NCBI RefSeq assembly: GCF_964213995.1
Contig: NW_027590156.1
Coordinates: 682,001 to 746,000, forward strand
Source of the DNA: Mustelus asterias
Taxonomy: Eukaryota
Reading direction: 5' to 3'
Length of the DNA stretch: 64,000 nucleotides
The notes beneath the pieces were generated by a model. The model was given only the letters and a program-made list of their open reading frames with translations. It ran no database searches and was not told the origin of the DNA. Positions 62,580 through 64,000 of the stretch are shown piece after piece (the stretch's first letter is position 1; each line of letters begins with the position of its first letter). The translations under genes were made by a program, and so were the position numbers.

Positions 62580-63422
62580 ATGGAGAAACCATGGAAATGT
62601 GCGGATTGTGGGAAGAGATACAGAGCCCCATCAGAGCTGGAAGCTCATCGGCGCAGTCACACTGGGGAGAGGCCGTTCACCTGCTCTCAGTGTGGGGAGG
62701 GATTCGCTCTGTTAGCCACCTTGCAGAAACACCAGCGAGTTCACACTGGAGAGAGACCGTTCACCTGCTCTCAGTGTGAGAAGGAATTCAGTCTGTTAAA
62801 CACTCTGCGGACACACCAGCGAGTTCACACTGGGGAGAGGCCGTTCACCTGCTCTCAGTGTGGGGAGGGATTCGCTCAGTCATCCACCCTGCGCACTCAC
62901 CAGCGAGTTCACACTGGAGAGAGACCATTCACCTGCTCTCAGTGTGGGAAGGGATTCACTCGGTTATTGTACATGTGCAGACACCAGCGAGTTCACACTG
63001 GGGAGAGACCCTTCACCTGCTCTCAGTGTGGGGAGGGATTCAGTGATTCATCCAGCCTGCGGACACACCAGCGAGTCCACACTGGTGAGAGGCCATTCAC
63101 CTGCTCTCAGTGTGGGGAGGGATTCACTCGATTATACACCCTGTGGACACACCAGCGAATTCACACTGGGGAGAGGCCATTCACCTGCTCCGTGTGTGGG
63201 GAGGGATTCACTTGTTCATCCCACCTGCGGAGGCACCAGCGAGTTCACACTGGGGAGAGACCATTCACCTGCTCTCATTGTGGGAAGGGATTCACTCAGT
63301 CATCCCACCTGCGGAGGCACCAGCGAGTTCACACTGGAGAGAAACCGTTCACCTGCTCTGTGTGTGAGAAGAGATTCAGAGATTCATCCGAGCTGTTGAG
63401 ACACCAGCGAGTTCACGAGTGA
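62580..63422 (+). CDS. C2H2 zinc-finger protein ZNF-I (280 aa, 10 fingers), MEKPW-start
   Basis: Intact ORF from ACCATGG; 3' UTR homologous to ZNF-H. Confidence 0.92.
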   Translation: MEKPWKCADCGKRYRAPSELEAHRRSHTGERPFTCSQCGEGFALLATLQKHQRVHTGERPFTCSQCEKEFSLLNTLRTHQRVHTGERPFTCSQCGEGFAQSSTLRTHQRVHTGERPFTCSQCGKGFTRLLYMCRHQRVHTGERPFTCSQCGEGFSDSSSLRTHQRVHTGERPFTCSQCGEGFTRLYTLWTHQRIHTGERPFTCSVCGEGFTCSSHLRRHQRVHTGERPFTCSHCGKGFTQSSHLRRHQRVHTGEKPFTCSVCEKRFRDSSELLRHQRVHE

Positions 63423-63770
63423 TTCCAGTGGTCGATTCTGCTGTTATTGTTTCTGCTCTCAATTATATTGGTCAATGGGGAGGGTCGGAGGGTTTCTTTC
63501 TGCTGGACTGGCCGGTCTCACAACTTTGCCTCCAGTGGGCTGATGCTCTTTGAGTCTTGTTGCGAATACCTGGTTTCAGATTTCACAAGGATCACAGAGT
63601 GACCGGGTGTTCGGAAGTTCAGAGATATTTAGTCAGCATTTCTGTTTGAAACCCCCAAATGCCCATTCAATTTCCTTTGTAATTGTTTATTGTCTCCACT
63701 TCCTCCACCCTCGTCGGCAGCGAGTTCCAGATCATTACCATTCGCTGCATCAAAATATTCTTCCTCACAT

Positions 63771-64000
63771 GGGCAGCACGGTAGCACAGTGGTTAGCACT
63801 GCTGCTTCACAGCTCCAGGGACCTGGGTTCAATTCCCAGCTTGGGTCTGTGTGGAGTTTGCACATTCTCCTCGTGTCTGCGTGGGTTTCCTCCGGGTGCT
63901 CTGGTTTCCTCCCACAGTCCAAAGATGTGCGGGTTAGGTTGATTGGCCATGCTAAAAATTGCCCCTTAGAGTCCTGAGATGCGTAGGTTAGAGGGATTAG
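63771..64000 (+). mobile_element. HE1 SINE (runs off the window)
   Basis: GGGCAGCACGGTAGCACAGTGG head and core. Confidence 0.9.

Overview
Eukaryotic vertebrate DNA, very likely from a shark or other elasmobranch. The evidence is many HE1/V-type tRNA-derived SINEs with CR1/HER1-like (TTCTATGW)n tails, CR1 LINEs and Penelope-like elements (PLE). The left end holds a T-cell receptor alpha/delta-type V segment (minus strand; leader exon, V exon, 23-bp-spacer RSS, two 1-nt frameshifts), two co-oriented CTCF-like motifs, and a truncated tRNA-Pro(TGG) with an insertion at the canonical intron position. From about 11.5 kb to the end there is a cluster of 9 C2H2 zinc-finger genes or pseudogenes (4-13 fingers; labelled ZNF-A to ZNF-I here) plus one inverted fragment. 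No KRAB, SCAN or BTB domain is visible. They have CpG-rich CCAAT/GC/NRF1/YY1-type promoters (two probably bidirectional, one duplicated) and promoter-proximal minisatellites. Most notable: (i) a PLE family with minimal hammerhead ribozymes, one near-complete copy and many tiny fold-back insertions with 10-14 bp TSDs, repeated hits at one ZNF site, and one insertion that captured nearby genomic DNA; (ii) ZNF start codons apparently created from the TGEKP linker (TMEKP), downstream of decayed fingers; (iii) an intronic antisense copy of a ZNF exon; (iv) a U2-headed element. All coordinates were read by eye, and repeat boundaries are approximate.
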